Of a stretch of 64,000 nt of DNA, positions 62,135 through 64,000 are shown piece after piece. Every line of letters begins with the position of its first letter. Within the stretch, counting starts at the first letter, position 1. Below the pieces are notes generated by a model. It saw only the letters and a program-made list of their open reading frames with translations, ran no database searches and was not told the DNA's origin. The stretch comes from Callorhinchus milii (lineage: Eukaryota): assembly GCF_018977255.1 (NCBI RefSeq), contig NW_024704743.1:69256001-69320000 (forward strand). The letters are read 5' to 3'. Position numbers and translations under genes: made by a program.

Positions 62135-63478
62135 ATGTTATGGGATTCCTGGAAGACCATAACAAGATTAGGCAGAGTCAACATGGCTTTACAAAAGGGA
62201 AGTCATGCTTAACTAATCTTTCAGAGTTTTTTGAAGATGTATCTAGCAGGTTAGATAGGGGGGAACCAGTAGATGTAGCATATTTAGATTTTAAAAAGGC
62301 ATTTGACAAAGTGCCAGACAAAAGGCTATTGCACAAGGTTAAGGCCCACGGGATTAATGGGAACATATTAGCATGGATTGAAGAGTGGCTAACGGGTAGA
62401 AAACAGAGAGTAGGGATAAACGGGTCATTCTCGAATTGGCAGGATGTGACTAGTGGAGTGCCACAAGGATCAGTGCTTGGGCCTCAGCTATTTACAATTT
62501 ACATCAATGATCTAGACGAGGACATTGAATGTAACGTATCTAAATTCGCGGATGACACTAAACTAGGTGGGAGAGTAAGCTCTGAGGATGATGCAAAAAG
62601 ATTGCAACGGGATATAGATAGGCCAGGGGAGTGGGCGAGTAGGTGGCAGATGGAATTTAATATGGGGAAGTGTGAAGTTATTCACCTACGTAGAAAAAAT
62701 AGAAAAACAGATTATTTTCTAGAGGGGGAGAGATTAGATAGGGTTAGAGTGCAGAGGGATTTGGGTGTCCTTGTACACCAGTCTCAAAAAGTTAGTTTGC
62801 AGGTGCAGCAAGCAACTAAGAAGGCGAACGGCGTGTTAGCGTTCATTGCAAAAGGTTTAGAGTACAAGAGTAGGGAAGTCTTGCTGCAACTGTATAGGGC
62901 CTTGGTGAGACCGCACCTAGAGTATTGTGTGCAGTTTTGGTCTCCTTATTTAAAAAAGGACATACTTGCCCTAGAGGGGGTGCAGCGTAGATTCACTCGG
63001 TTAGTTCCTGGGATGAGGGGACTGACCTATGAGGATAGGCTGAATAAACTAGGGCTATATTCTCTAGAGTACAGAAGAATTAGGGGAGATCTTATTGAAA
63101 CATATAAGATTCTTAAAGGGCTGATAAAGTAGACACTGAGGGTCTGTTTCCCCTGGTAGGAGAATCTATAACCAGGGGTCAGTCTTAAAATTAAGGGTCA
63201 GCCTTTTACAACAGAGTTGAGGAAACATTTCTTCACTCAGAGAGTAATGAATTTATGGAATTCACTCCCCCAGAAGGCTGTAGATCCTCAGTCCGTGAAC
63301 ATCTTCAAGGCTGAGACTGATAGATTTTATAAAAAACAGAGGGATTAGGGGATATGGGGATAGGGCAGGTAATTAGAGTTAGGTCTGAAGATCAGCCATG
63401 ATCTTATCGAATGGCGGGGCAGGTTCGAGGGGCCGAATGACCTACTCCTGCTCCTAATTCTTATGTTCTTATGTTCCA
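62135..63478 (+). mobile_element. CR1 LINE (different subfamily), 5'-truncated RT domain plus 3'UTR
   Basis: QHGFTKGKSCLTNL, YLDFKKAFDKVP, GVPQGSVLGP, FADDTKLGG; (TTCTTATG)n tail. Confidence 0.96.
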
Positions 63479-64000
63479 GATGTAATAATAATAATCCTTG
63501 CATTTGATATAGCACCTTATGTCTTCGAGACGTCTCAAAGCGCCTCACAGAATATACTGTAAAGTTAATTGATTATATTTTGTGGGTGAAATTAATGTAA
63601 AGATTCATATAAATAGTCATTGTGCTTTCAGCATAAAATACCTTTAGGACTTTATTTCAAAGTAAATAAGTAATTGATGTACAAACATAATTTACTGCCA
63701 TGTGCTTCAAATTTGTCAATGCAAATGTTGGTTAGACACTTAATAGCTACCAAGTGACAACACTGCATTGCAGTAGAATACAGATTTTTTTAAAATTTGG
63801 CCCTTCTGATATTTCCTTCTGTAGCTAAAGCATTTGAAATCTGAGCACCTGCCATCACCCTCCACACACACACAGGTTTTTTTTCAATCTGTATAAAATG
63901 AATACGATAAACTTCAATTTATTTACCTAAACATGTGTTTATGTTTCCTTTACAAATAATTGGAGATCTTGCTTAAATAAGCTAAAACAGGTGGAAGAAG

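Overview
Vertebrate genomic DNA, most likely a cartilaginous fish (inferred from the tRNA/Deu-type SINE, L2 and CR1 content; not confirmed). It contains the conserved HACL1-BTD-ANKRD28 block. HACL1 (2-hydroxyacyl-CoA lyase 1) is on the minus strand: coding exons 1-8 at 18607->3714, and the gene continues past the left edge. BTD (biotinidase) is on the plus strand: clear exons at 26407/26410-26607, 27843-27992 and 29275-30474, plus an inferred first exon at 18675-18707 whose ATG lies only 67 bp from the HACL1 ATG. ANKRD28 (PP6 ankyrin subunit) is on the minus strand: last 13 coding exons at 60324->40996, including a 27-nt microexon. All exon boundaries were read by hand and are GT-AG with compatible phases. 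The rest is SINE/LINE (CR1, L2) sequence, large minisatellites and several hairpins. I found no prokaryotic or CRISPR system and no clearly new protein-coding system. The most unusual items are non-coding: the ultra-compact head-to-head gene start, a 2.2-kb array of ACUAAC (branch-point/QKI-type) motifs directly after the first HACL1 donor, a tail-to-tail L2 hairpin with mir-28/151-like architecture, hammerhead-like motifs in a short repeat, and several near-perfect palindromes.
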